From the human T2T-CHM13v2.0 reference genome, Homo sapiens, in the NCBI RefSeq assembly GCF_009914755.1, contig NC_060929.1: a stretch of DNA of 64,000 nt, one strand, 5' to 3'. The notes beneath the pieces are model-generated. The model worked only from the letters and a program-made list of their open reading frames with translations. It searched no databases and was not told the origin of the DNA. The translations under genes were made by a program, and so were the position numbers. Shown piece by piece: positions 1-15,797 of the stretch. Position 1 is the first letter of the stretch. Every line of letters begins with the position of its first letter.

Positions 1-3000
1 CCTTAAATCAACTCATGTGCAAAACCTTTGTCATTCTTTTTAAAATGATTGCATTGGTCCTGTCCAGTACATCTATTTGTTGATGGTGTACTTGGTGATT
101 TCTCTGGACACAACATAGTCAATATTTGATTACCAATCAGCAGATTATCTATGTCAGACACCAGAAAAACATTCTGAGTCCCCTGCTTCTCTGATCAGTG
201 GGTGTGAAATGGGAGAAATAGGGTAATATTCACTTTGACCTGAGAAATGCACAGACCGTAATGTTAAATATTGGACAATGCATTGTCATGTTGGATACAA
301 TATTTGCAGACAGGGCACTATTTTAGAATTTATTTCTGCTGTGCTTCTCCATCCAGGCCATGAATAGTAATAGATTTATAGTTGATTTAAGAAATTTTTG
401 TAACTCAATAAATACTGAACTAAAGCATTCAAATTATCTGCTTTGAAACTGTAAATTTTTGTTCTAATCCTAACTCTCTTCTTTTTGGATACTGAAAAAC
501 AATGAAGGTGATGCATTCTCCCAGCCTGATTGCCTCTCTGCAATGTCGAAGTATTGGCAGTGATTTCTAAAATAGCAATATTTTATACACTTTTTAAAAT
601 GAGCTTAATATTAAAATGAATTATACATTTCTCTGAGCAGATGGAACAATGTTTTATTCAATTTTACTATAGTTTATTTTCAGAAATTTGATATAAAAAC
701 ATCAGGAATAAAAACCTGCTCTCTCCTGAAAATATGGTTCATGTAGAAAAGTGGCTTAGAGATTAATAGAAACTTAATTTAGAGACCGATATCAACTGCA
801 CAGTTACTAGTAAATGTCATTTCATATAGTCTGTTCTAAAGATCATATTAGCTCATCCACTAAAAAATCAAGCTTATTACTCATGATAAGAGTTGATATC
901 AGATCTAGCTCAGATAAACTTATTGTACTATGTTGACAAGATAAAGCTAGCTAGTCAAGAACACTTTCACGAAAAAAGAGAAAAGTAGTACAAATTCTTT
1001 TCGCAATGCTAGTGGCAAAAAACCACTCTATGATATTTATTAAACTAAAATGTAGGTCAGACAAGAAATTGTATTCCACCTCTTATTTAATTAGTAATCA
1101 GAGGTCAGCAGTTCAAATGTGCTCCCTTTCCTTCTCAACTGTTTGGCAATTTAATGCTATGTAACGTGAAACACGTAAAATGTCTCAGTGTTAGATAAAG
1201 AGTCACAAGATAGAAGGGAGATCTGGATTCTGGAAAATCCAGACTTTCCTTCTAACCTGTTGCTAAGAAGATCACATTGCTGGCTTTCATCTCTGTAAGC
1301 GTAGACAGCTCAACTTCCTACAAGAATTTGCTAGTGCCTGTTTAAGGTGATGGTTTATCATTTCACCTGGATGTTACTGGTTTCAATTAGAAGCAGAGGA
1401 TTGACTGGATGTACTTTAAAGAAAATTGATTTTATAATTCTCTTTGAATTCAGAATAGAAAATGAACAATGAACGCATCAGCACTCTCCACCGTAGTGCC
1501 AGAAGAGCTGCAGGGGGTACTTAGAATTTAGGTTAATCCAGTATTCAGCATCCCAGAATATGATGTCACTCTAATTTTACACCTTCCCAAAACAAACAAA
1601 TGAATAAACAAACAACTTCCAAAACCACTGCAGTGTTTTACACTAGGAATGTCAGCATGACACCTATGGAAATTGGAATGTGTTACTGTTTCTCTTCAGA
1701 CAAGTCCATAGGTACAGAAGAAAGCAGGCACAGGTGGTGACAGCTGGCACAGATATGGTGCAGGGCTAAATGAGAGTCACCTAGAACATTGCCTGATTTT
1801 TACTTTTTAAAGTCAATTTCAAACTGCTTCACAAGTTTACAGAAGAGCTCACCCTTAGTTTTGCTTTCTCCCAGTACGGTGACTGTTGACCGACATAAAA
1901 CTTGAACTTAGGCACTGTTAAAGGTAGTACACTAAGCTTCAATCTGAGCATCTAGATTCAACACTGAAACTCTATATCACCTGCAAAAATATGTGTATAT
2001 TCAGTCTAATGTAGAATTCTTTGAGATGTGTGACAACACCCTTGTGTTATACCACTTCGTGTGACTTCTGAAGATATCATGACATTCTAAATGCCTCTTC
2101 CTGTGTTAAATCTCTGTTCCCTATTTTGTGATGTAACTCTTTACAATTGTTTCATTTTGTCATCGGATGTTCTCTAAAGCCAAATTCAACCCTTGATAAA
2201 TGTGTGGGAAGTTACTGACCTCACTTCTCTCAAAAATTATTTGAAACATTCAGTCTATTAACTCTGATAAACCTTTCACTGAATGAGACACCTTTGCCTT
2301 TGTCCTCTATTTAAATGAAAAAATACAATTTCGTTGCCCGGTTTGAATGCTGGGTTTTCTCCCTGGTTCACTGGGCGCAACATACATTTGCTCAGTTCTG
2401 AAAATCTTGTTTTTATAGTTATTCAATATCTTATTGTTAGACATGAGAAATATAAATTTTTTGTGGTTGTCAATTTTATCTCTTCTGTCCATCAATTTAC
2501 TGGTCAATGCTCCCTGAGAACTGTCCAGGTCTGTATCTCAGATTGTTGCTTAATGACACCTGACAGAAACACTGTTTCCAGAAAAAAGTTAAAGACACAA
2601 ATTGTCACAGCCCAGGCAGGGAGCTCATTACCTGCCACATAAGATCAATTATGGAAGTCAGAGAAAGGGTGGGTGGGGTTACCCAGTTAGTGGAAATCAG
2701 CTCACACCTGCTTCAAACTTCAACTAGGAGGAAAGCAAACCTGTTTGTAAGAGAACATTAGTTGTTATTATAGAAGTGAAAACATCGTGTTCTCCACTGC
2801 TGTTAGTGCATTGCCAGTTTCTAGATCCCAAACCTGTTTGTCTTAAAAAACAAATTCATAGCTAACAATGCAGCAATTCTTCCTTTTGTACCCCCTTCAT
2901 CTCTATCTGGTTAATATTTTAGGAAGAAAAATAAGAAAATTCTAACGTTTTTGTTTGTCTCGTTTGATTGTAGGTGAGCTTTGAAATTAATCCTACCATT

Positions 3001-3316
3001 TAGGAAACAATTTAATAGCATTTTACTTTGCATAACCTCAAAGTCCCCTGTCTCCCCAGTTGTGCTAAGACATGATTACTACCTGAAGATCCATGTTAAC
3101 CTTTAAGAAGGGCATTCATCGGAGCCTGACTGCACATGACCTCCTGGGCAAACCCTGGAAAGTGTTCTGTGTGATTTTTGGATGCTGAGGCCCTCATGGC
3201 ACCAACTGAACGGGAGCACCCAGCTTCATGATCATTCTGTGATGTCCATGGCAGTAGGAAATGCGTGACAGGGTAAGCTGGCCAGGTTTTCTATTTATAA
3301 GGAGTTGGTGTCAAAT

Positions 3317-4008
<692 letters not shown>

Positions 4009-5932
4009 CAGATCCTCTTGAGGAATGATGTATTGAGTTGGGTTATAGTCACCCTCTCTCCAGCACACTGAATTCTTCTTTTTCGCATAAACTTGTTTTG
4101 TTTTGAATGAATTCCTGCTATCAATCAGCACACACAACACAAACATGTCTGACTAAGGAAAATCACTCCATTGAGTGAGAGCCTTATTTCAATATTCATA
4201 ATCCCTTAAAAAATATATGTACACTCATACATCCATGTGTGTTTACTAAGGCCCTCTTGAAATGAAGGCAAAAAGAAAAGAAAATGCCCAAACGCACAGC
4301 TATATGAGCTAATGAAACAAGCATATTACAGTGATTAAACTGTATCTTAAACTCTAAATAATAAAATATTGACATTTTGAAGAATTTGAATAACAGCTTA
4401 CACTTTTTTTCTGTGAGTTTAGAGGTGAATTGGGATGAAGAAGTGTGTCCTGACACAATTTGCTTTTGGGCAACTTTTTTTTTTTTTGAAACTTCCTTTG
4501 CAACTCTAGTGATCTATATTCTGAAATGATGGTTTCATATGATGCTTTATAGGTAAATTTTTATAGAATCTGCTTCATTTTTTCCTAAATAAAATTTGAA
4601 ATATAATCTAAAATGTCTGTCTGTACCTACTTGAAATACGTAATGTAAGTTTCCATTTAAATTTTCACCTGTAGCCCAGCTTATTCAGGATAGCAAAAAT
4701 GGTTGCATGCACTCACTGCATCACTGTAAAAGTCAAATATAAGAGGAAATCATTCTTAAGGTAATATCTGGACCAGTTTTATTTTTCTGGAATATAGTTG
4801 ATTTATTATTTTCTATAGGACACATACAAATAGAATCTGAAATTACTTTTCTCTGATTAATTGGTTTTGCATAAACTTCCTCATGGAAACATGAAGCTCT
4901 CACTGTACCCCGGAAATCATAGTTAGAACCAGGAAATGATAACATAATTCCGGGCATTGCAGAGCTCTTAAGGTTTCTGTAAAGGAGAGCTGTGGACTCA
5001 CGGGACAGCATGTCTCTGAGAAGGGGGAGAACTGGACAGGGGAGAGAGTTGGAAAGGTTGTCAGAATGCTGAAGGAAGAGGTTCTTCTTGTTTCTAGCCC
5101 AGGGGAGAGAGATGGGTAATAAACAGAAAGGATTCAAATAAGCTCAAGAGTAACTTTTTTTAGCTTGTTCAATGCATGCAAGATTTCAGTTATTCTGTTT
5201 TTCTTTCTCAAATATGCAGCACCTACTCCTGGACTTTTTTCAACAAACCAGTAGTTTTGTCTTTCTCAATTTTGGTGATGGCTCAAAGGCTTTCCAGATA
5301 GAAACATGGGCATGTCCTCTGGAGCTCTGGAGCCCGTATCTGAGTTCCCAAAGAAAGATTTGGGTTTTCTGTACAAGTTTTCTCCTAAAAAGTTTAAAAT
5401 AGTAAATTTATCTACTAAAATGATAAAAAAAATAGATTGAGAGATTTTAGGCCTGTTTTACACAAGAAAACAAGGAGAGTTGGGAACACTTTTATATTTA
5501 GCTCTTATAGGTTAACATTATGTGATATTTCTATAGGTCTCATAACTTTTGCTTTTAGATGAAGTGGTTGTGTTTGACTTGATCATAAATGTTTTAAATT
5601 ATAAGAGATGCTATAAATCCTGAAAATTTCTATAATTTAAAAATCTCAATGCATTAATTATATGACATTTTGTACTTCACACCATTAAGTCAGAAAACCC
5701 AAGCCCATCCATCAGAATTTAAATATCTTAACATTTTCCATTTTTGTGTGTTGAGTCAAGCTACAGAAAACACAGCTTTATTGTTCTTATCCAACATTTC
5801 AAATATCATCAATTCCTAGTAGAAAACTGCTAAGCAAATTAGTCTGCCAGTTCTAAAAATATGTCAAAACAGACATTGGCATTTTCCCATGATATAAGCA
5901 GTAATTTTAAAGAGTTTGTAGACTTTATCCAT

Positions 5933-6024
5933 CCTTCCTTCCTTCCTTCCTTTTTCCCTTTCTTTCATTTGCAGTTTATTGTTGATAGAATATAGGAGTG
6001 TTTTATATATATATATATATATAT
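5933..6024. repeat. Short (CCTT)n and (TA)n microsatellites
   Basis: Direct reading. Confidence 0.8.
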
Positions 6025-8509
6025 GTTGATATAGCCCCTTCAGGGTTTTGGCCAGTGGGAGGGGAGGGTGATAAGGTGGAGGAAGCTGCATCTGGAAGGT
6101 GGTGAAGGAAATGGGCAGGGGTTCTGAGCTGGGTGGTGGCCACTGATGGGGACAAAATACACATCCAGTGAGTTCCCAGAGCTCAGGGCTCCCAGATGTC
6201 ATGTAGCTCATTCTACTGCTCACCATCCACATGGCTGTTCAGAGGTTATCACCTCCCTAACCCCCGCAGTCCTTCAAAGCCCTCACTCTTGCCCTACAAT
6301 CCTTGCTGTCCCCCTCCTCTCTTGCCTGGCCCTCTCACCTTTGTATTGCCAGTATTGAAGTGAATGAATGGCTTTGTAGTAGGTCACTGCAGTCTAAGCT
6401 GTCTATGGTCATCGGATTGGGAATGAAAACTGAGAATGCATCACCTTTTTCATAAGGCTCTCCTGACCTATTGGGGTCAAAAGATACAGTCTAAATTAAA
6501 CCTTGTACTCTCAGGGGTGCCTCCTCCCAGAAACATTCCAGGCAAAACATTTTCCTTCTGTTTTTTTCATGATTTGCTCTTTTACTCAACTCCCAGAAGA
6601 GCAGAAGAGTAGCAGTAATGGCCCTGTGGATGCTGATGCATTTCTTGGCAAGGCTGGAACGAGGAATCTGATTTGGGAGGATGGGAGGAGCAGAGGAGAT
6701 TCACCTAAGCCATTCAGGACTTGTGATACCTGTGCCCAAGCACCATCAAGTCAGGACATGTGGACAGCCGTGGGGCCATCATGGTCCACTTTGATTAGCC
6801 CACAAACTTGAACCTGAGCCTCCTCCTCTGGAGGCTTCAATCATGGACAGCAGCTCCTTCTAGAGCGGTCCAGCATGCATGTGTCTTTTCCTACATCTTC
6901 TCCAGCTGCGATAGCACAATGTGGAATCAACCATGCATGCTGACTCTGCCAGAGACAGAGACTGTCGTGAGGAAGGCTACAGACCTCCTCCCACATCTGT
7001 GCTAAGGGCAGCTCCAGTGCAAAAGTTACTGCCTGCTGGACAAGTCTGCCTGACACATAGGCTGCAGGGAGGGTAATCTGAGCTGTGATGGATATTTCCT
7101 AATTAAGTAGCTCCTAGTGCCTAATCTTCCTTAGTGAAATTTGAACTCCATGACCTTAGATAAAAAATTGAGTAGAACTCTTAAACTTTTACCCCAAGAT
7201 GGGTCCTCACTATTGTAGATATGATCAGGCATGAGAGCTGGTCTGTGAAACATTGGAGCTATGTCCTGGGGTGACCAGATGTCCATCTAAAATACAGGTA
7301 TTACTTTTTGAATAAACTCCAGGGACCAACATATAGACTTCCTGGTAATTGCACTATAGATCCTGATGAAAGGCGTCCAAAGATGTCACTCAGGTTTTGT
7401 ATGAGAATTGTAAATCCAGTGAGGAATGGAATGCTGAAAAAGAAAGGAGAGTCTAGGATGAGTATGATTCCAGTGGACCTGATTAATTTTGGCCTCTAAT
7501 ATAGTGGGGACAAAGGAAAGGAACAAAGAAACCCCAAGTAAATCCTTAGCCAACAGAGATTCAATAAAAATAAAAAATTGAGAATGCTGATTTTTATAAA
7601 ACTAATATATTCCTAAACTTTTGAAGTTGATATAAAAGTGGCTAAAGGAAGCTCAGGAGACATGATTTATATAGGCATGCAATATTTTCTAGATTTGAAA
7701 GGCTTTTGTTAACTCCCTCACATGAGACAAAATATGTGATCCATACATAAGGTGATAGGCAAGAGCATTTACAAAGGTCTGTGAGAGGAAAGCAGTCTCT
7801 AATTCTACAACCAGCTCCTAGAGTATAAAGGTTAGCAGTTGGAGCGACTGAGTATATCAATTCCTTTCTAATGGCTGGGAGAAGGAACAGGTTTCAGGGT
7901 AGCCAAATGTGAGAGCACAGTGCTGTTTATGCCAGAGGGAACCAAGGGAAAGAATAGAAAGCTCCCTGAAACCCAGCTGTAATCCAGGGAACAGGATTAC
8001 ATTGCAAAATAATCATGCACGCATCAGTGCACTTGAGAGGCATCCTCTAAGCTGGGGCCAGGCCGGGCATTATCCATCCATTCAGCCTCCCAGGAGAAGC
8101 TCTGGACCTCACTGGGGACAGCACAGGGCAGCACCTGGGAAATGTACATCTGTGGTTAGAGACAGGCAGAGAAATTGAAGTTGTTTTAAGGAAAGAATAA
8201 TATAGAACAAAAAGGCCAAATGCTTGGAGCAAGACCAGCCCTCATCAATTATAAGGTCCTTGCCTGGCTCTGCATTTGAGTGGTTTTTTGACCTGAATAA
8301 ATTTGGGGAAATTTGAAAACGAACTCGTGCCAGCCAAATGCCTGGAGCAGTGCAAATGGAGTCACATATGCAAGTCTCAACGTGAACTGAAAATATGATC
8401 TTACATCTGGTTCTGCCACCTTAACCATGCTGAGAGATGCTGAAACACTCACTGCTTCTAGCTTGGAGTATGCCAAGAAATGGCAGAGTCCATTTAAACC
8501 CACAAACTT

Positions 8510-8750
8510 TTAGTAATTCAGGAGATGCAGTGTTGATACAAGGAAGTAAAAGATTCCAATGATCTGCCTTCAAGAAGTTCACAATACAGTTAGAAAAACA
8601 GAGACCCTACATTTACTGTTACACCATGGCCAGAATTACACCACCAGTGTGGACCTCCTGTGCCCTGGGAAGCCTGGAAGGGGAGTGAATGGGTAACTAG
8701 GAGCAGTGTAATTTCTTAAGCGATTTGATCTTTGAGGGGAACTCAGGTCT
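8510..8750 (-). mobile_element. Degraded L2 fragment
   Basis: CTGCCTTCAAGAAGTTCACAATACAGTTAG resembles the antisense L2 3' region. Confidence 0.45.
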
Positions 8751-11155
8751 TTGAGATCGTTTACATTTTAAAATTTAAAATTTTACAATGTAAAATTTAC
8801 TTTACATTTACTGGGGTGCAGCCTAGTGAGCCTGCTGGTGCCCTCAGCTGCATGAGCACTTCTGCTCCAACCCACCCACTTCCTGCCACTCTCCCAGAGG
8901 GAGCCGGGTGAGAGAACATTGGCGTGTACACTGGATATGAAGTGTGGATGTGCATGAGTGAATTCTGGATTCGTGGGAGAACAGCATCACATAACCATGT
9001 GCAGTTTGCAGACAAATGTGGGATGATGTGTCCTTGAACACAATAATAGAATCACTGCATGTGTAGAGAGTGGTTCTGAAAACCTTTTCATAAAAGCGGA
9101 GATCACATGGGAAATGACTGGATTAATGAGGACCAGCGTGATGGACTTTTTAAAGGATTTTAGTAAGGCTAAGAAATGCCTACGCTGAGATGTGACTGGC
9201 ATTCATTAAGGAATGCCCAAGTTTAGTCCTTTTCTTTTTTCTTCTCATCGTCCGTTTCTTCCTGTCTTCACAAAATGGAAGGCATTTATCAAATCAGGTC
9301 AACTGACTGCATCCAAACATCTCACTGCTGGGGAGGGACTGGCACCTACCTGGATAAACATAATTTCTCAAAAGTCAAATCTTTCACATAAGCTGAATCT
9401 CAGTATGGATCTATTCTTGGTAACGGCAATCTCATAGAAAGATATTACTTTTCTGAAAATTCAGTCATTCGTCATATGCATATGAAAAGTAAGACTTTGC
9501 AAAGCTTAAACAAATTTGTTAATTGTTAGCTACGCTACTCTTCACTCAGTAGGCTTAAACGAATTTTCTAAGGACTAACTGTCCTACTCTTGGCTGAGTA
9601 TTCTCATTTGTGAAGCACTAGATGAGGAGTGATGTCGTGCAGAAGATCTAAGTCTACTGTGTACAGCTCTGAAGTAACAATCGAGGAGCGTCCTCAAGGC
9701 CTTGTTGTGAAGTTGCCGTGGGGATCACGAGGGAGCCCCATGAGATAGAAATAATTGGCTACTTTCCTGAAAAGGTAGGAGTTGAGCAAATCCTGAAGGG
9801 CAGATGTTGACAATCAATAGTTGTGCTTTTTATGCAAAGGAAAGAGTATTAGTGGATGAAAGGCAGTGAGATTGCATGTGTCATGTTGCAGTGGTTGGTG
9901 GTAAAGAGATGAGTTTGACAGGGACAGAGCATTTCTGTGGAGAGAAGCATGAAGGAAAGAGAGGAGTTAGACCTGGAGGAACCTCACAATGAGGATTTTG
10001 TCTACCTTTGTCGCAAAACAAAAAGAAAGAAACAAAAACAACTCTCACTTCTGCAGACAAGTGGCTTTCACTTAACTTTTGTTTTATGTTGTAGAGCTTC
10101 CTTCTTTCTGAAATAGAAACGTTTATGTGGAACACAAATATGTAGGACAGTTAAAGGCCGAGCCAGTGTGGCCATGGGGTGGGAAGGATGTGCTTTTCCT
10201 GCCCCATTACCCATGGGCCAGGGGCTGCCAGCACCAATAGAAACCTCCAATCAAATTGCTGTTTCTGAAAGAATCTGCACCCTGGAAGCCCTCCCTGGGA
10301 AGTGATAATCCATTCGTAGAGCCAGAGGCAATGACTACAGCACAACCAGGTGGAAAAGGTTTTGTAATTGCAGAGTGAGAGAAAGATGACAGGTGCATTG
10401 AGAGAATGAAAACTCCCTCGGGTGGGAGACTGTGCTTTTTTGTTATAAATGGACCCTCTGTTGTCTGCGTCAGCAAATGTCAAATTGCAAAGCCTGCAGA
10501 TCAGGATACTGGGGCCAGTGCTCAGTGCTTAGAAAATAACCAACTGTCCTGTTTATCTTAAAACTCATCACTGTTAACTTTACAGTTTAGTCAGGTTATT
10601 TCATTTCAGGAACTACAGTTTGCCAGTGTAGTAAAATTAAATTGGGACCCAGGTAACAACAAATCCTACTGTTGGGCTGTGTAAGAATTTGGGGAGCTTT
10701 TGAAGGTCATCCTTTGTGACAAACTATCAAAGTCATTTGGAAACAACAATGAGATATTACCCAACTCAGGTGGAGATAGAATTTTGCTCACTTTGGCAAG
10801 GATAATTCTGCCAACAGAAATAAAAGATTAGATGCTTGGAAACAACGGAGAGGAAGGGGTTGAGGGAAAAATCCAGGGCATGTCTGAATCGTCTGAATCC
10901 TGCGTTCACCTTGTCAGACCTGGACACCAATGTCTACAAAAATTTGACAGCCTAAAGTGGAAAACCAAGTGAATATGTCTAACTTTCAAATGGATGCATT
11001 AGAAAGAAGGTTGCCAACTTTTGTCTCTTTGGGAGAAGATTATTGTATCCACTAAATCACCTTTGGTTTACCTTTTTGGTTTACCTTTGGGTTTACCTTT
11101 TTATGATAAGATGGGTTTTGAAACACTTTCCCATAAGAAAGCTGGTCTATATTGC

Positions 11156-11454
<299 letters not shown>

Positions 11455-12397
11455 TACATTGCTTTTATAATATCATCTCCAAAGTACTGCCGTCAGCATG
11501 CCCCACATCCAAGCTTTCCAATTCCCTGCAGCCCACTCTAGTAACACTCAAAGAATAGCTCTAAGGAAATAAAAACTACAGAAAAAGTCGTGATAGCCAA
11601 CACTTTAACATAAAAAATGCCTAAAACCTTTTAAACTAAATTGTTTCTTAAAACAGAAGATTTTGCTAATTAGAATTAAGGCAGACTGTACTGAGATTAT
11701 GTCAAGGAAAGCATTTTTGTCTGTGTTTAATTTACTACAGTTTTATTTAATTACACAGTTAAGAAGAGTAAGGAAAGTCTCAGGAGGGTGATCTTCGAGT
11801 ACTCAACACCTAGGCATAAGAAACTTTGGAGTTTCCTGTATATTCTGTTTTTCAGACACACAAGGTCTCAACCTTTGCTATAAAGAGATACTACATTTAT
11901 TTTGAATACTGAGAAAAATGACATTCTTCAGTAAATGCACATGGCAACTCATGTATAGAAACAAGCTCCTTGTTCAATGGACCTTCCAGTAACCATGGCA
12001 GCCACGAGTCTCTGGGATCATTTCCCTTAGATGCTGCCATGAGAATTCCAGTCTGTGGAAGATGGCACTAACATGGAATGCCTTCCTCCTCAACCTCTCA
12101 GCAATGTACACATGCCAACTACAGAAAAATGCTGAATAAGTTATAGTAAATGTAAAATAAAAATGCATAGCTGAGATTGCAATAAAGAAAAATAAAACCA
12201 CAGGTACCTAAAATGAGTGGGGATTTCCATCCAAAGCTTGAGTGGGTATTGAGCATGTTGAACATGAGAGTGGAACACCTCTGTGGAGACATCAGAAACA
12301 AAGATTGTCTTGAGTACTAGATATTCAGTGTTCCTACAAGGACAGTTATTTTCTTGAGTTTGGTGGGAAGAGACTAGAATTAAACCTGTTTATGTAA

Positions 12398-12829
<432 letters not shown>

Positions 12830-12849
12830 TGAAATGAAGAACTCGATCT

Positions 12850-14953
12850 AGAGAAGAGACTAGAAAAAGAATGAACAGAACAGAACTAGAAAAAGAATGA
12901 ACATAGATGGCTTGCATGAAGTGATTATATTTAATTGCAGTCTCAGAGGGGAGATAAAATGAGGGGAATAGTTGAAGAAATAAATGGCCAAAAATTCCCC
13001 AAATTTAGTGTAAATGATAAACCTACAGATCCCAGAAAGTCAACAAAATCCAAGCAGAAGAAAATGAGAGAAATCACACTAAGGGACATCGTAATCACAT
13101 TTCTAAAAAGTGATGATAAAGAGAATATCTTACAGCAGCTAGAGAAACAAACATACAAACACATTTTACACAGAGAAACAAAGATAAAATTACAGCAGAC
13201 TCCTCTTCAGAAACTATGTAAAGCAGAAGAATATGGAAAAAATATTTTTGAAGCAGCTAAAAGAAAAAATAATCTGTCAGAGTAGAAGTCTAATTTTAGT
13301 AAAAATGTCTTTAAGTAGGGTAAAATAAAGCCTTTAAAAAATTTTGAGGTCAAACAAAAACTGAGAGAATTCATTGCTAGTAGAACTGTACCAAAGGAAA
13401 TGTTAAAGCAAATTCTTCGAGAAGAAGGAAAAAATACGAGATGGAAATATGGGCCTCCACAAAGAAAGGGGGAGTGCTGGAAATTGTATGTGGGCAAAAT
13501 GTAAGATATTATTGTCATTTTTTAAACGCTTCAAAAGAAAATTGAGTGTTTAAATAAAATAACATTTTGGAGTTTTAACATAGGTAAAACAAAGATGTCT
13601 GGCAATATCACAGGGGAAGTGAGAGCAGAAACTACAAGTTCCTGTTATAGGTTCCGAAGTAGATCCACGTGTATATACTCATACATGGTACAAAGCAGCC
13701 ATGGTAATTCCTTGCAGGAAACGGTCTCTTTTTTTTCAATAAACAGTAACAAAACAGTTGTGTATTCACATGCAAAAAGTTGAGCTTTGAGGTTTACTTC
13801 ATGTTATATAAGAAAATGAACTCCAAATGGATCACAAACTTGAATTCAAGAGATGTAACTCAGAATAAAGCATAAGAGATCATCTTTGTGATCTTGGTTT
13901 AAGTAATTATTTCTTAAAGGAAACACAAAGAGCATAAATCATGAAAGAATAAAATAATGAATTGAACTTAATTAAAATGAAAACTTTTTTTAAAAAAATC
14001 AAAGGACACTTAAAACAAGAAAAGACAAGCAAAAGATGGAAAATATTTGTGGAACATATTTTAAAGAGATTGTATCTGGAATATATATAAAACACAACTC
14101 TATAATATGCAGAAAAATCTAATTCAAAAATAGGCAAATGATTTGAATGGACATTTCACCAAAGAAGAGATACAGATCTAAAATAAGTAACAAAAAGATA
14201 TTATCATTAGTTTTTAAGTAAATGTAAATTAAAACCACAATGAGCTACCATTACACAACTACTACATCAACTGAAATGAAAAATACTGGCAATGACATGA
14301 ATTGGCAAGGATTCAACTCAGAGTAAGTGAAACTCATAAATTGCTAGCAATAATGCAAAAATAATATTGCCGCTTTGCAAAATATATGGCAGTTTCCTAT
14401 AAAGCTAAACAGAAAGTTTAGCAACCCAGTGATTTCCACTTGCTCCTTAGTAAATGAGAAATGAAGACAAATATCCATCAAATATTTTATATGAACATTG
14501 ATAGCAGCTTTCTTCATCATTACCCCTGACTGGAAACAATCCAAGTGTCTATCAACAGGTAAATGAATTTGCAAATTATTATGCATTCATGCAATTGAAT
14601 GCTATTCAGTAATAACAACTGCATATATACACAACTACATAGGTAAATCTCAAAAGCTCTGTACTAAATGAAAGAAACCAGACACACAAAAGTTACATGA
14701 AGTATAATTCAATTTATACAAAGTTCTAGAAAAGGCAAAACTATGGTGACAGAAAGCAGGGCAGTGTTTTGTGGAAAAGATATTGATTGCGAAGAAGCTC
14801 AAAGGAATTATTTTTGGTTGATGGAAATGTTCTGTATATTACTGTGATGGTGGTTACACAAATGTAAACAATGCAAGCTGATTGAATTATACACTTAAAA
14901 TCGTACATTTTATTTTATGTAATTCATAGCTCAATAAAATGGACTAAAAAAAA
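12850..14953 (+). mobile_element. Old L1M (L1ME/L1MC-like) LINE: ORF1 remnant joined to ORF2 3' end and 3' UTR
   Basis: ORF 12935-13285 resembles L1 ORF1p (EEINGQKFPKF, LRDIVITFLKSDDKENIL); ORF2 C-terminal-like DNA at ~13.7-14.6 kb; ends CTCAATAAAA plus A-run. Confidence 0.85.
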
Positions 14954-14962
14954 CCTAGTCTA

Positions 14963-15301
<339 letters not shown>

Positions 15302-15419
15302 CTAGGCAGAGGCACGTATATTACTGGCCCACAATGAGGCATCCACCATTGGGGGCAAAAGTATCTTTAACAGAAGGTGGGCAGACTTAGGTATTGCATC
15401 AAAGGTAGTATTTGGGACT

Positions 15420-15797
15420 AGCCATGCTAACAGATATGAGGTGTTATCTTACTGTAGTTTGGATTTGCATTTTTCTGATAATGAACGATGTTGATGATAT
15501 TTTCATATACTTCTTGTTTTCTTTGGATAACTGTCTGTTCAAGTCCTTTGCCCACTTTTTAATTGGGTTGTTTTTTTTTGCTATTGATTTGTAAAAATGT
15601 CTTACATATTTTTGAAATTAACCCCTTACTATAGACCCACCCTTATAACCCTTTTGACACCAAAATCACAGGCAATAAAAACAATAATAGACAAGTGGGA
15701 CTATATCAAACTGAAAAGCTCCTGCACAGCAAAGGAAACCATCAACAGAAAGGCAACCTACAAAAAGGGAGAAAGCATTTGCAAACCATGTGTTTGA
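15420..15797. mobile_element. L1 (L1MA/L1PB-like) ORF2 fragment with internal inversion
   Basis: 15420-15630 is antisense ORF2; 15655-15797 is sense ORF2 (IDKWDYIKLKSSCTAKETIN). Confidence 0.85.

Noticed and set aside
12858-12903. Direct repeat ACTAGAAAAAGAATGAACA twice, as a CRISPR-like or TSD signal
   Set aside because: Only two copies, at the edge of an old L1; simple slippage duplication. No CRISPR array exists in this eukaryotic window
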